Shown here in pieces: positions 19,371 to 32,000 of a stretch of 32,000 nucleotides of DNA (the first letter of the stretch is position 1; the number at the start of each line of letters is the position of its first letter). Position numbers and translations under genes: made by a program. Under the pieces are notes generated by a model. It did no database searches and was not told the DNA's origin. It was given only the letters and a program-made list of their open reading frames with translations. The stretch lies in contig OZ252279.1 in NCBI GenBank assembly GCA_965250005.1, forward strand, positions 1,140,001 through 1,172,000, read 5' to 3'. Source of the stretch: Demequinaceae bacterium. Lineage in GTDB: Bacteria > Actinomycetota > Actinomycetes > Actinomycetales > Demequinaceae.

Positions 19371-20561
19371 CTACTTGACGATCTTGGTCACCGTACCGGA
19401 GCCGACAGTGCGGCCACCTTCACGGATCGCGAAACCCTGTCCCTCTTCAAGGGCAATGGGGTGAATCAGTTCGATCGACATCTCGGTGGTGTCGCCGGGC
19501 ATGACCATCTCGGTGCCTTCTGGCAGCGAGATGACGCCTGTGACGTCCGTGGTGCGGATGTAGAACTGCGGACGGTAGTTGGTGTAGAAGGGGTTGTGGC
19601 GTCCGCCCTCGTCCTTGTTGAGGATGTAGACCTTGCCTTCGAAATTGGTGTGGGGCGTGGTGCTGCCGGGGGCAACAACAACCTGTCCACGCTCAACATC
19701 TTCACGAGCCGTTCCACGAAGCAGCAGGCCGGTGTTGTCGCCAGCCTCAGCCTCGTCCATCGACTTGTGGAAGGTCTCGATGCCGGTGACCGTGGTCTTC
19801 TGCGTGTCACGGATACCAAGAACTTCGACCTCGGAGTTGATCTTGAGCTTGCCGCGCTCAACCTTGCCGGTCACAACAGTTCCGCGACCGGTGATGGTGA
19901 AGACGTCCTCGATGGGCATGAGGAACGGCTTGTCGAGCTCGCGAACGGGCTCGGGGATGCTCTCGTCGACCGCATCCATGAGCGCCTCAACGGTGGCAAC
20001 CCACTTCGCGTCGCCCTCGAGCGCCTTAAGCGCCGAAACCTGAATCACGGGAGCGTTGTCGCCATCGAAACCCTGGCTCGAGAGAAGCTCGCGAACCTCG
20101 ACCTCGACGAGTTCGAGGATTTCCTCGTCGTCGACCATGTCGGACTTGTTGAGTGCCACGAGCAGGTACGGAACACCAACCTGCTTGGCGAGGAGAACGT
20201 GCTCACGCGTCTGGGCCATGGGACCGTCGGTCGCGGCAACCACCAGGATCGCGCCGTCCATCTGCGCGGCACCGGTGATCATGTTCTTGATGTAGTCGGC
20301 GTGACCAGGGGCGTCAACGTGTGCGTAGTGACGCTTTTCGGTCTGGTACTCGACGTGCGCGATATTGATGGTGATACCGCGCTCTTTCTCTTCGGGCGCC
20401 TTGTCGATCTCGTCGAAAGGCGTGAAGGGGTTCAGGTCCGGGAACTTGTCGTGCAGGACCTTTGAGATTGCAGCGGTGAGCGTGGTCTTACCGTGGTCAA
20501 CGTGACCGATGGTTCCGACATTGACGTGCGGCTTGGTCCGCTCGAACTTGGCCTTAGCCAT
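19371..20561 (-). CDS. tuf: Elongation factor Tu
   Basis: [36 protein letters not shown]...[48 protein letters not shown]. Confidence 0.99.
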   Translation of the reverse strand: MAKAKFERTKPHVNVGTIGHVDHGKTTLTAAISKVLHDKFPDLNPFTPFDEIDKAPEEKERGITINIAHVEYQTEKRHYAHVDAPGHADYIKNMITGAAQMDGAILVVAATDGPMAQTREHVLLAKQVGVPYLLVALNKSDMVDDEEILELVEVEVRELLSSQGFDGDNAPVIQVSALKALEGDAKWVATVEALMDAVDESIPEPVRELDKPFLMPIEDVFTITGRGTVVTGKVERGKLKINSEVEVLGIRDTQKTTVTGIETFHKSMDEAEAGDNTGLLLRGTAREDVERGQVVVAPGSTTPHTNFEGKVYILNKDEGGRHNPFYTNYRPQFYIRTTDVTGVISLPEGTEMVMPGDTTEMSIELIHPIALEEGQGFAIREGGRTVGSGTVTKIVK

Positions 20562-20680
20562 TACTTCCTCCTGAGACTCGGGTAGTGAATGTGAAACTGT
20601 CTATGGCCGGGAGGCCATCGATGGGGCGTCGTATCCCTACTGGTCGTTGTTTGTTTCTGGTGTTATCTCAACCGGTGGGA

Positions 20681-22783
20681 CTATTCGCCCCGGGTCTTTG
20701 CGATGATCTCCTCGGCAACTGCCCGAGGAACCTCGGCGTAGCTATCGAACTGCATGGAGTAGACGGCACGACCCTGGGTCTTCGACCGCAGGTCGCCCAC
20801 GTACCCAAACATTTCCGAAAGTGGAACGAGGGCACTGACAACCTTCACGCCGTGGGCTTCCTCCATCGAGGAGATATGTCCGCGTCGTGAATTGAGGTCG
20901 CCGATGACGTCGCCCATGTACTCCTCGGGCGTACGCACTTCGACGGCCATGACCGGCTCGAGGATCACAGGGTTGGCGCTTCTCGCGCCTTCCTTGAAGA
21001 CCATCGATCCGGCAATCTTGAACGCCATCTCAGACGAGTCCACATCGTGGTACGCGCCGTCGGTAAGCGTGGCCTTGACGCCGACCATGGGGTAGCCGGC
21101 GAGAATTCCCAGTTCCATGGCGGACTGAATGCCCTGATCCACGGAAGGAATGTACTCGCGCGGGATGCGCCCACCGGTAACGGCGTTGTCAAATTCGTAG
21201 AGCTCGTCACCCTCGGTGTTGAGCGGCTCGAACGTGACCTGAACCTTGGCGAACTGGCCGGATCCACCCGTTTGCTTCTTGTGGGTGTAGCCGACCTTCT
21301 CAACCTTGGACTTGATGGTCTCGCGGTAGGCCACCTGGGGCTTGCCCACGTTGGCCTCGACCTTGAATTCGCGCTTCATGCGATCCACGAGGATGTCGAG
21401 GTGCAACTCGCCCATGCCTGCGATGATGGTCTGACCAGTGTCGTCGTCGAGGCTGACGCGGAACGTCGGGTCCTCTTCAGCGAGCTTCTGAATAGCCAGC
21501 GACAGTTTCTCTTGGTCTGCCTTGGTCTTGGGCTCGATGGCCACCGAGATCACGGGCTCGGGGAACGTCATGGATTCCAGAACGACCGGGCTCGACGGGT
21601 CGCACAGGGTATCGCCCGTCGTGGTGTTCTTAAGGCCAATCACGGCGTAGATGTGTCCCGCAGAGATGGACTCGACAGGGTTCTCTTTGTTGGAGTGCAT
21701 CTGGAACAACTTGCCGATGCGCTCCTTCTTGTCCTTGGTGGCGTTCAGGACGGCGGAGCCCGAGTCGAGCGCCCCCGAGTACACGCGGACGTACGTTAGT
21801 TTGCCGAAGAACTCGTGCGTGACAACCTTGAACGCGAGCGCGGCGAAGGGCTCTGCCGCGTCGGCGTGACGCTCGATGATCTGCTCTTCATCGCGCACGT
21901 CGTGTCCCTCGATCGCGCCAACGTCGAGCGGGTTGGGAAGGTAGTCAACAACGGCGTCGAGCATGGGCTGAACGCCCTTGTTCTTGTACGCCGAGCCACA
22001 CAGGATGGGATACGCCTCGCCCGCAACCGTGAGCTTGCGAACCGCAGCCTTGATCTCGGGGACGGTGATCTCTTCGCCGGCAAAGAAGCGCTCCATGAGC
22101 GCGTCGTCGGTCTCGGCGACAGTCTCGAGGAGCTTGTTGCGGTACTCCGCAGCCTTCTCCTTGAGGTCCTCGGGAATCTCTTCGACCTCGTAAGCGGCAC
22201 CTAGGTCAGTCTCGCCGTGCCATACAAGCGCGCGCATTTCGACCAGGTCGACTACGCCGATGAAGTCGTTCTCCGAACCGATGGGGATCTGGAGCGGAAG
22301 TGGGGTTGCCTTGAGGCGGTCGATGATGGTCTGAACCGTGAAGTAGAAGTCCGCGCCCAACTTGTCCATCTTGTTGACGAAGCAGATGCGGGGGACTTCG
22401 TACTTGTCGGCCTGACGCCACACGGTCTCCGACTGGGGCTCAACGCCCTCCTTGCCGTCGAACACTGCGACAGCGCCGTCAAGGACGCGGAGCGAACGCT
22501 CCACCTCAACGGTGAAGTCGACGTGACCGGGCGTGTCGATGATGTTGATCTGGTGGTCGTCCCAGAAGCACGTGGTCGCAGCGGACGTGATGGTGATGCC
22601 ACGTTCCTGCTCTTGCGCCATGTGGTCCATGATCGCCGCGCCATCGTGGACTTCACCAATCTTGTGAGTGATACCCGTGTAGTACAGGATGCGCTCAGTA
22701 GTGGTGGTCTTGCCCGCATCGATGTGAGCCATGATGCCAATGTTGCGAACCTTGTTCAGGTCCGTCAGCACGTCCTGTGCCAC
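20681..22783 (-). CDS. fusA: Elongation factor G
   Basis: [23 protein letters not shown]...[23 protein letters not shown]...[30 protein letters not shown]; 700 aa. Confidence 0.98.
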   Translation of the reverse strand: MAQDVLTDLNKVRNIGIMAHIDAGKTTTTERILYYTGITHKIGEVHDGAAIMDHMAQEQERGITITSAATTCFWDDHQINIIDTPGHVDFTVEVERSLRVLDGAVAVFDGKEGVEPQSETVWRQADKYEVPRICFVNKMDKLGADFYFTVQTIIDRLKATPLPLQIPIGSENDFIGVVDLVEMRALVWHGETDLGAAYEVEEIPEDLKEKAAEYRNKLLETVAETDDALMERFFAGEEITVPEIKAAVRKLTVAGEAYPILCGSAYKNKGVQPMLDAVVDYLPNPLDVGAIEGHDVRDEEQIIERHADAAEPFAALAFKVVTHEFFGKLTYVRVYSGALDSGSAVLNATKDKKERIGKLFQMHSNKENPVESISAGHIYAVIGLKNTTTGDTLCDPSSPVVLESMTFPEPVISVAIEPKTKADQEKLSLAIQKLAEEDPTFRVSLDDDTGQTIIAGMGELHLDILVDRMKREFKVEANVGKPQVAYRETIKSKVEKVGYTHKKQTGGSGQFAKVQVTFEPLNTEGDELYEFDNAVTGGRIPREYIPSVDQGIQSAMELGILAGYPMVGVKATLTDGAYHDVDSSEMAFKIAGSMVFKEGARSANPVILEPVMAVEVRTPEEYMGDVIGDLNSRRGHISSMEEAHGVKVVSALVPLSEMFGYVGDLRSKTQGRAVYSMQFDSYAEVPRAVAEEIIAKTRGE

Positions 22784-22815
22784 GTCAGTTTCCCCTTATT
22801 CCGTATCTACCGCTA

Positions 22816-23286
22816 TTACCAGCGGTAGTGAGCGAAGGCCTTGTTGGACTCCGCCATCTTGTGCATGTCTTCGCGACGCTTCACCGCGGCACCAAGGCCG
22901 TTCGATGCGTCGAGGATTTCGTTGGTCAGGCGCTCCGTCATGGTGTTCTCGCGACGCGCGTTGGCGAAGTCGACGAGCCAGCGAAGGGCAAGGGTGTTCT
23001 GGCGCACCGGACGGACGTCGACGGGCACCTGGTAGGTGGCCCCACCAACGCGACGGCTACGGACCTCAAGCGACGGGCGCACGTTGTCGAGCGCACGCTT
23101 GAGGACGGAGACGGGCTCCTGGCCAGCCTTTTCTTCGACACCTTCGAGGGCGCCGTAGACGATCGACTCGGCGATGGACTTCTTACCGTCCTTCAGCACC
23201 TTGTTGATCAGCTGAGTGACCACGGGGGCGCCGTGGACGGGGTCGTTGATAACGGGCCTCTTCGGCGCCGGTCCCTTGCGAGGCAT
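22816..23286 (-). CDS. rpsG: 30S ribosomal protein S7
   Basis: [50 protein letters not shown]...[28 protein letters not shown]...NKAFAHYRW. Confidence 0.98.
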   Translation of the reverse strand: MPRKGPAPKRPVINDPVHGAPVVTQLINKVLKDGKKSIAESIVYGALEGVEEKAGQEPVSVLKRALDNVRPSLEVRSRRVGGATYQVPVDVRPVRQNTLALRWLVDFANARRENTMTERLTNEILDASNGLGAAVKRREDMHKMAESNKAFAHYRW

Positions 23287-23661
23287 CTACTTCTTCTCCT
23301 TCTTCGCGCCGTAGAGGCTGCGAGCCTGCTTGCGGTCCTTGACGGCCTGGGTATCGAGCGCACCGCGCACAATCTTGTAGCGAACACCGGGAAGGTCCTT
23401 CACACGTCCGCCGCGCACGAGCACGATCGAGTGCTCCTGCAAGTTGTGACCCTCGCCCGGAATGTACGCCGTGACCTCGATGCCCGTGGACAGGCGCACG
23501 CGGGCGACCTTCCGCAGAGCGGAGTTCGGCTTCTTGGGCGTAGTCGTGTAGACGCGCGTGCATACACCGCGGCGCTGGGGGCTCGCCTTGAGAGCGGGAG
23601 TCTTGGACTTCGACGCCTTGGGGTGTCGGCCCTTCCGCACAAGCTGCTGAATCGTAGGCAC
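23287..23661 (-). CDS. rpsL: 30S ribosomal protein S12 (GTG start)
   Basis: [100 protein letters not shown]. Confidence 0.98.
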   Translation of the reverse strand: MPTIQQLVRKGRHPKASKSKTPALKASPQRRGVCTRVYTTTPKKPNSALRKVARVRLSTGIEVTAYIPGEGHNLQEHSIVLVRGGRVKDLPGVRYKIVRGALDTQAVKDRKQARSLYGAKKEKK

Positions 23662-23705
23662 TGCTTCTCCGTTGCTAGAAAATGATGAAATCGCGTGTGT
23701 TCTGG

Positions 23706-23732
23706 TCCGACCCCCGCGCCCGGGCGTGTCGC
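23706..23732 (-). promoter_or_regulatory. 27-nt leader element shared with rpsJ leader (rpsL copy)
   Basis: Minus strand GCGACACGCCCGGGCGCGGGGGTCGGA; differs from 19164-19190 at one base located in the predicted loop; 44 nt upstream of the rpsL GTG. Confidence 0.7.
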
Positions 23733-23794
23733 ACCTTCAAGATCTGCGCCCTCGGCGCACCAAAAGGAGCCCGACGGCGCGGGCACGGGAACTC

Positions 23795-23823
23795 ACGGTA
23801 CCCGAGAGCCGCTCCGCCGTCAA
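23795..23823 (-). promoter_or_regulatory. Candidate promoter of the rpsL-rpsG-fusA-tuf operon
   Basis: Minus strand TTGACG (23818-23823) - 17 nt - TACCGT (23795-23800); lies between the rpoC stop and the rpsL leader. Confidence 0.6.
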
Positions 23824-23858
23824 TGTGGATTCGCCCCTGCGGGCGCCGCCACGATCAC

Positions 23859-27734
<3,876 letters not shown>

Positions 27735-27745
27735 GTTGGTATCCC

Positions 27746-30700
27746 TTAGATTTCGTCGACGCTGGACGCGTCAGGGCGGCTGGACAGTGAAATACCGAGC
27801 GACTCGGCGGCCAGGTACGCGTCATCTTCTGTTTCGCGCATCTCGACAAGTTGGCCCTCAGAGTTGAGAACTTCGACGTTCAGGCACAGGGACTGCATTT
27901 CCTTCATAAGAACTCGGAAGGATTCGGGCAGTCCCGGCTCGGGGATGTTCTGGCCCTTGACGATGGCCTCGTACACCTTCACGCGGCCGAGCACGTCGTC
28001 CGACTTGATGGTCAAGAGTTCCTGGAGTGCGTACGCCGCACCGTATGCCTCGAGCGCCCACACCTCCATCTCTCCAAAGCGCTGTCCACCGAACTGGGCT
28101 TTCCCGCCCAACGGCTGCTGCGTGATCATTGAGTACGGACCCGTAGAGCGGGCGTGAATCTTGTCATCGACCAAATGGTGGAGCTTCAAGATGTACTTGT
28201 AGCCGACTGCGACGGGCTCAGGGAACGGCTCGCCTGAGCGACCGTCGAAGAGTTGCGTCTTGCCGTTCTCGTCAACCAGACGGTCGCCGTTTCGGTTTGG
28301 GGTGGCTACCGAGCGGAGGCCGTTGAGCGTCTCCTCCTGGATGCCATCGAACACTGGCGTCGCGACCGGGGACCCGGGCTGCGACTTGGTTGCGCCCGCG
28401 GGCAGGCTCTTGGTCCAATCGCCCTTGGCGTCCGTCGCGTCCCAACCCTGCTTGGCTACCCAGCCGAGCGCGGTCTCGAGAACCTGGCCGACGTTCATGC
28501 GTCCAGGAACACCGAGCGGGTTGAGGATGACGTCTACCGGGGTGCCGTCTGCAAGGAAAGGCATGTCTTCCACCGGAAGGATGGTGGAAATGACACCCTT
28601 GTTGCCGTGACGGCCAGCGAGTTTGTCGCCCTCCTGGATTTTGCGTCGCTGCGCGATGTACACGCGAACCAACTCGTTAACGCCAGCAGGCAGATCGTCG
28701 CCGTCTTCCTCAGTGAACACGCGGACACCAATCACGGTTCCGCTTTCGCCGTGGGGAACCTTGAGGGACGTGTCGCGCACCTCGCGGGCCTTCTCTCCGA
28801 AGATGGCGCGCAGGAGGCGCTCCTCGGGGGTCAGCTCGGTCTCGCCCTTGGGCGTGACCTTTCCAACCAGAATGTCACCGGCACGAACTTCTGCTCCGAT
28901 GCGAACGATGCCACGCTCGTCGAGGTCGGCAAGGGCTTCTTCGGAGGCGTTGGGGATATCGCGAGTGATTTCTTCGGGGCCGAGCTTGGTGTCGCGAGCG
29001 TCAACCTCGTGCTCCTCGATGTGAATGGAGCTAAGAGTGTCGTCCTGCACTAGACGCTGGCTGAGGATGATCGCGTCTTCGTAGTTGTAGCCCTCCCAGC
29101 ACATAAATGCGACGAGCAAGTTCTTGCCGAGCGCGAGATCGCCCTCGTCGGTCGCCGGGCCATCCGCGATGACGGAGCCCTCGACAACCGTGTCGCCTTC
29201 GTCCACCAGCACGCGCTGGTTGTAGGACGTGCCCTGGTTGGAGCGCATGAACTTCGCGATCCGGTAGGAGCCGGTGGTCTTGTCATTGTTGGCCACCGTC
29301 ACGAGGTCAGAGGAGACCTCGGTGACGACGCCAGCGGTGTTCGCGATGACAACGTCTCCAGCATCAATCGCCGCACGACGCTCCATGCCGGTTCCCACCA
29401 ACGGAGCTTCCGAGCGAACCAGTGGCACCGCCTGGCGCTGCATGTTGGCACCCATGAGGGCGCGGTTCGCATCATCGTGTTCGAGGAACGGGATGAGCGC
29501 CGTAGCAACCGACACCATCTGGCGCGGGCTGACGTCCATGTAATCCACTGCCTCAGCAGTGACGAACTCGACTTCACCTCCACGCGACCGGACCAGCACG
29601 CGCTCGTCAGCGAAGTTTCCGTCGTCCTTCAGTTTCGCGTTCGCCTGGGCGATCACGAAATGGTCTTCGTCGTCTGCGCTGAGGTAGTCAACCTTGCTCG
29701 AGACCTTGCCCTTGACCACCTTGCGATAGGGCGTCTCGACAAAGCCGAGCGGGTTGATGCGACCGAACGACGCGAGCGAACCGATGAGACCAATGTTGGG
29801 GCCTTCAGGGGTTTCGATCGGGCACATACGTCCGTAGTGCGACGAGTGAACGTCGCGGACGTCCATGCCTGCGCGGTCGCGCGACAGTCCACCGGGACCG
29901 AGCGCCGAGAGGCGACGCTTGTGGGTCAGACCCGCGAGCGGGTTGTTCTGGTCCATGAACTGCGACAGCTGCGATGTTCCGAAGAACTCGCGAATCGCGG
30001 CGACCACCGGACGCGTATTGATCAGGGTCTGCGGCGTGATGGCCTCGACGTCCTGAGTCGTCATGCGTTCGCGGACGACGCGCTCCATGCGCGACAGCCC
30101 GGTGCGGATTTGGTTCTGGATCAGTTCGCCAACTGCGCGAATCCGGCGGTTACCAAAGTGGTCAATGTCGTCGGTTTCGACGCGAAGTTCGCCACCGAGC
30201 GACTTGAAGCTCTTGTTGCCCGCGTGGGCGGCGGCGATGTACTTGACCGTCGCGACGATGTCGTTGAGGCCTAGCACTGAGTCACCGAGCGGCGCGCCAA
30301 CGCCGAGCTTCTTGTTCAGCTTGAAGCGGCCCACCTTCGCGAGGTCGTAGCGCTTGGAGTTGAAGTAGAAGTTGTCGAGCAGGTTGCGGCCAGCGTCAAC
30401 CGTGGGCGGTTCGCCCGGACGCAACTTGCGGTAGAGGTCGACGAGTGCGTCGTCCTGCGACTCCACAGTGTCCTTGGCGAGCGTTTCTAGGACGGTCGGG
30501 TAGTCCTTGAACTCTTTCGCGATCTCTTCGGTGGTCATGCCGAGAGCCTTGAGGAACAGCGTGACCGGCTGCTTGCGCTTACGGTCGACGCGGACGCCCA
30601 CAGCGTCGCGCTTGTCGATCTCAAATTCGAGCCAAGCGCCGCGGGACGGAATGATCTTCGCGGTGAGGATATCTTTGTCCGTGGTCTTGTCAGGCGTGCG

Positions 30701-31222
30701 CTCAAAGTAGACGCCCGGCGAGCGAACCAGCTGCGAAACGACGACGCGCTCGGTTCCGTTCACGATGAATGTGCCGCGGTCCGACATCAGTGGGAAGTCG
30801 CCCATGAATACGGTCTGCGACTTAATCTCACCGGTGGTGTGGTTCATGAACTCGGCTGTCACAAAGAGCTGAGCGGCGAAGGTGAAGTCCTTCTCCTTGC
30901 ACTCCTCGGGCGTATGGCGCGGCTCTTCGAAGTACGGGTCCGCGAAGGACAGCGACATGGTCTGGCCGAAGTCCTCGATCGGAGAGATCTCCTCGAAGAT
31001 CTCCTTGAGGCCTGCTACCTCGGGGACGTCGTTTCTCTTCGCTTTCTGGGCAGCGGCTACGCGACCCTTCCATTTCTCATTGCCGAGCAACCAGTCAAAC
31101 GACTCGGTCTGCAGGCCAATGAGGTTCGGAACCTCAATGGGTTCCGCGATCTGGGCGAACGAAACGCGGCGCGAGGCGCTGCGGTTCTTAATGGCAGAAG
31201 CTGAGGTGCGCGAGGCAGCCAA
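27746..31222 (-). CDS. rpoB: DNA-directed RNA polymerase subunit beta
   Basis: [25 protein letters not shown]...[36 protein letters not shown]...[11 protein letters not shown]-like region [20 protein letters not shown]. Start inferred as TTG at 31220-31222 ([13 protein letters not shown]), preceded by GGAAGGACC; the ORF-track ATG at 31261 is an alternative. Confidence 0.97.
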   Translation of the reverse strand: MAASRTSASAIKNRSASRRVSFAQIAEPIEVPNLIGLQTESFDWLLGNEKWKGRVAAAQKAKRNDVPEVAGLKEIFEEISPIEDFGQTMSLSFADPYFEEPRHTPEECKEKDFTFAAQLFVTAEFMNHTTGEIKSQTVFMGDFPLMSDRGTFIVNGTERVVVSQLVRSPGVYFERTPDKTTDKDILTAKIIPSRGAWLEFEIDKRDAVGVRVDRKRKQPVTLFLKALGMTTEEIAKEFKDYPTVLETLAKDTVESQDDALVDLYRKLRPGEPPTVDAGRNLLDNFYFNSKRYDLAKVGRFKLNKKLGVGAPLGDSVLGLNDIVATVKYIAAAHAGNKSFKSLGGELRVETDDIDHFGNRRIRAVGELIQNQIRTGLSRMERVVRERMTTQDVEAITPQTLINTRPVVAAIREFFGTSQLSQFMDQNNPLAGLTHKRRLSALGPGGLSRDRAGMDVRDVHSSHYGRMCPIETPEGPNIGLIGSLASFGRINPLGFVETPYRKVVKGKVSSKVDYLSADDEDHFVIAQANAKLKDDGNFADERVLVRSRGGEVEFVTAEAVDYMDVSPRQMVSVATALIPFLEHDDANRALMGANMQRQAVPLVRSEAPLVGTGMERRAAIDAGDVVIANTAGVVTEVSSDLVTVANNDKTTGSYRIAKFMRSNQGTSYNQRVLVDEGDTVVEGSVIADGPATDEGDLALGKNLLVAFMCWEGYNYEDAIILSQRLVQDDTLSSIHIEEHEVDARDTKLGPEEITRDIPNASEEALADLDERGIVRIGAEVRAGDILVGKVTPKGETELTPEERLLRAIFGEKAREVRDTSLKVPHGESGTVIGVRVFTEEDGDDLPAGVNELVRVYIAQRRKIQEGDKLAGRHGNKGVISTILPVEDMPFLADGTPVDVILNPLGVPGRMNVGQVLETALGWVAKQGWDATDAKGDWTKSLPAGATKSQPGSPVATPVFDGIQEETLNGLRSVATPNRNGDRLVDENGKTQLFDGRSGEPFPEPVAVGYKYILKLHHLVDDKIHARSTGPYSMITQQPLGGKAQFGGQRFGEMEVWALEAYGAAYALQELLTIKSDDVLGRVKVYEAIVKGQNIPEPGLPESFRVLMKEMQSLCLNVEVLNSEGQLVEMRETEDDAYLAAESLGISLSSRPDASSVDEI

Positions 31223-31361
31223 GGGTGGGTCCTTCCCAACGGTCCGTGCGTGGCGACGCAACCTGAATCAGGACTCCACCGGACCCCGGGGCTAGGCCGC
31301 TAGAAGCGGTTGCACGCCGGGAAGGCATATGAGGGCAGGACGATAGGAAGCGCAACTCGTG

Positions 31362-31390
31362 ATTCTACACACGATGCGCGCACCTGTCTA
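31362..31390 (-). promoter_or_regulatory. Candidate promoter of rpoBC
   Basis: Minus strand TAGACA (31385-31390) - 17 nt - TAGAAT (31362-31367), 5/6 matches to each sigma-70-family consensus box; implies a leader of about 130 nt before the TTG start. Confidence 0.7.
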
Positions 31391-31534
31391 GACGGTCCGC
31401 GCCCTGAGGACATCGGATCTCCCAGCCGCCTTGGCTGGTCGTCGCCGCCTACCATACAGAAGGCCGCCGACACTGCCTAGGGTCGTGACCAATTCGAAAC
31501 CTTTGGGGTTTCCCCGGATTGCACCATCAGCGCA

Positions 31535-31576
31535 AAAAGAAAAGGTCGGGACGACGCCGAGGCATCGTCCCGACCT
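31535..31576 (-). terminator. Rho-independent terminator after rplL
   Basis: Minus strand AGGTCGGGACGA-TGCCTCGGCG-TCGTCCCGACCT followed by TTTCTTTTT; perfect 12-bp stem plus U-tract, just after the rplL stop (31594). Confidence 0.93.
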
Positions 31577-31593
31577 GATCGGTCGAGCAGGTA

Positions 31594-31977
31594 CTACTTG
31601 AGGGTCACCGTGGCGCCGGCTGCCTCGAGGGCCTCCTTGGCCTTGTTGGCGTCCTCCGTCTTTGCGCCTTCAAGAACGGTCTTAGGGGCTTCGTCCACGA
31701 GCGCCTTGGCCTCACCGAGGCCGAGGTTGGTCAGTGCACGGACTTCCTTGATGACCTGGATTTTCTTGTCGCCAACCGACTCGAGGACCACATCGAACTC
31801 GTCCTTCACTTCGGCCGCGCCACCGGCGTCGCCGGCAGCAGGTGCAGCAACTGCAGCAACAGGTGCGGCAGCGGTGACCTCAAAGGTCTCTTCGAACGCC
31901 TTCACGAACTCAGAGAGTTCGACGAGGGTCAGTTCCTTGAACGCATCGATCAACTGATCGGTGGTGAGCTTTGCCAT
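31594..31977 (-). CDS. rplL: 50S ribosomal protein L7/L12
   Basis: [47 protein letters not shown]...[51 protein letters not shown]-like sequence ([41 protein letters not shown]). Confidence 0.98.
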   Translation of the reverse strand: MAKLTTDQLIDAFKELTLVELSEFVKAFEETFEVTAAAPVAAVAAPAAGDAGGAAEVKDEFDVVLESVGDKKIQVIKEVRALTNLGLGEAKALVDEAPKTVLEGAKTEDANKAKEALEAAGATVTLK

Positions 31978-32000
31978 GGTGGCTTTCCTTCCTTAACCTG

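Noticed and set aside
19215-20465. 416-aa plus-strand ORF opposite tuf
   Set aside because: Mirror of a highly conserved, codon-biased gene in high-GC DNA; the protein has no recognisable domains and its counterpart EF-Tu is unambiguous.
20603-20618. ATGGCC-TCCC-GGCCAT hairpin in the fusA-tuf gap as a terminator
   Set aside because: Only a 6-bp stem with no U-tract; no convincing tuf promoter found next to it, so it is left uncalled.
23287-23661. Search for streptomycin-resistance substitutions in S12
   Set aside because: [11 protein letters not shown] and GGRVKDLPG motifs carry the wild-type lysines.
23832-23845. Small CGCCC/GGGCG hairpin downstream of rpoC as a terminator
   Set aside because: Only 5 bp with no U-tract and abutting the candidate rpsL -35 box; too weak to call.
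30001-30020. Search for rifampicin-resistance substitutions in RpoB
   Set aside because: Cluster reads [36 protein letters not shown], with wild-type residues at the common resistance sites.
31253-31590. Possible gene between rplL and rpoB
   Set aside because: No ORF of substance; region explained by terminator, promoter and leader.

Overview
This window is a dense, almost entirely minus-strand ribosomal/transcription gene superoperon from a high-GC actinobacterium. Gene content and order suggest a Microbacteriaceae-like organism (inference). Read 5'->3' on the minus strand, from window end to window start, the order is: rplL | rpoB-rpoC | rpsL-rpsG-fusA-tuf | rpsJ-rplC-rplD-rplW-rplB-rpsS-rplV-rpsC-rplP-rpmC-rpsQ-rplN-rplX-rplE-rpsN-rpsH-rplF-rplR-rpsE-rpmD-rplO | secY-adk | small LRV/HEAT-like repeat protein | infA-rpmJ-rpsM-rpsK-rpoA-rplQ-truA-rplM-rpsI-glmM. 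The 37-codon rpmJ is missing from the ORF track but reads clearly at 6090..6203. I see no mobile element, CRISPR array, tRNA/rRNA, defence system or novel gene cassette; the window is mostly housekeeping. Points worth a second look: (1) a 27-nt element, 26/27 identical, at exactly the same distance (44 nt) from the start codons of rpsL and rpsJ, foldable into a small stem-loop; (2) a ~95-aa Ala/Lys/Pro repeat extension at the N-terminus of ribosomal protein L15, with a start supported by a TAATG overlap and Shine-Dalgarno; (3) a strong 14-bp hairpin between rplO and secY; (4) a ~430-bp unexplained gap plus a small LRV/HEAT-like repeat protein between adk and infA, where I would expect map; (5) several well-formed promoter and terminator candidates partitioning the superoperon.
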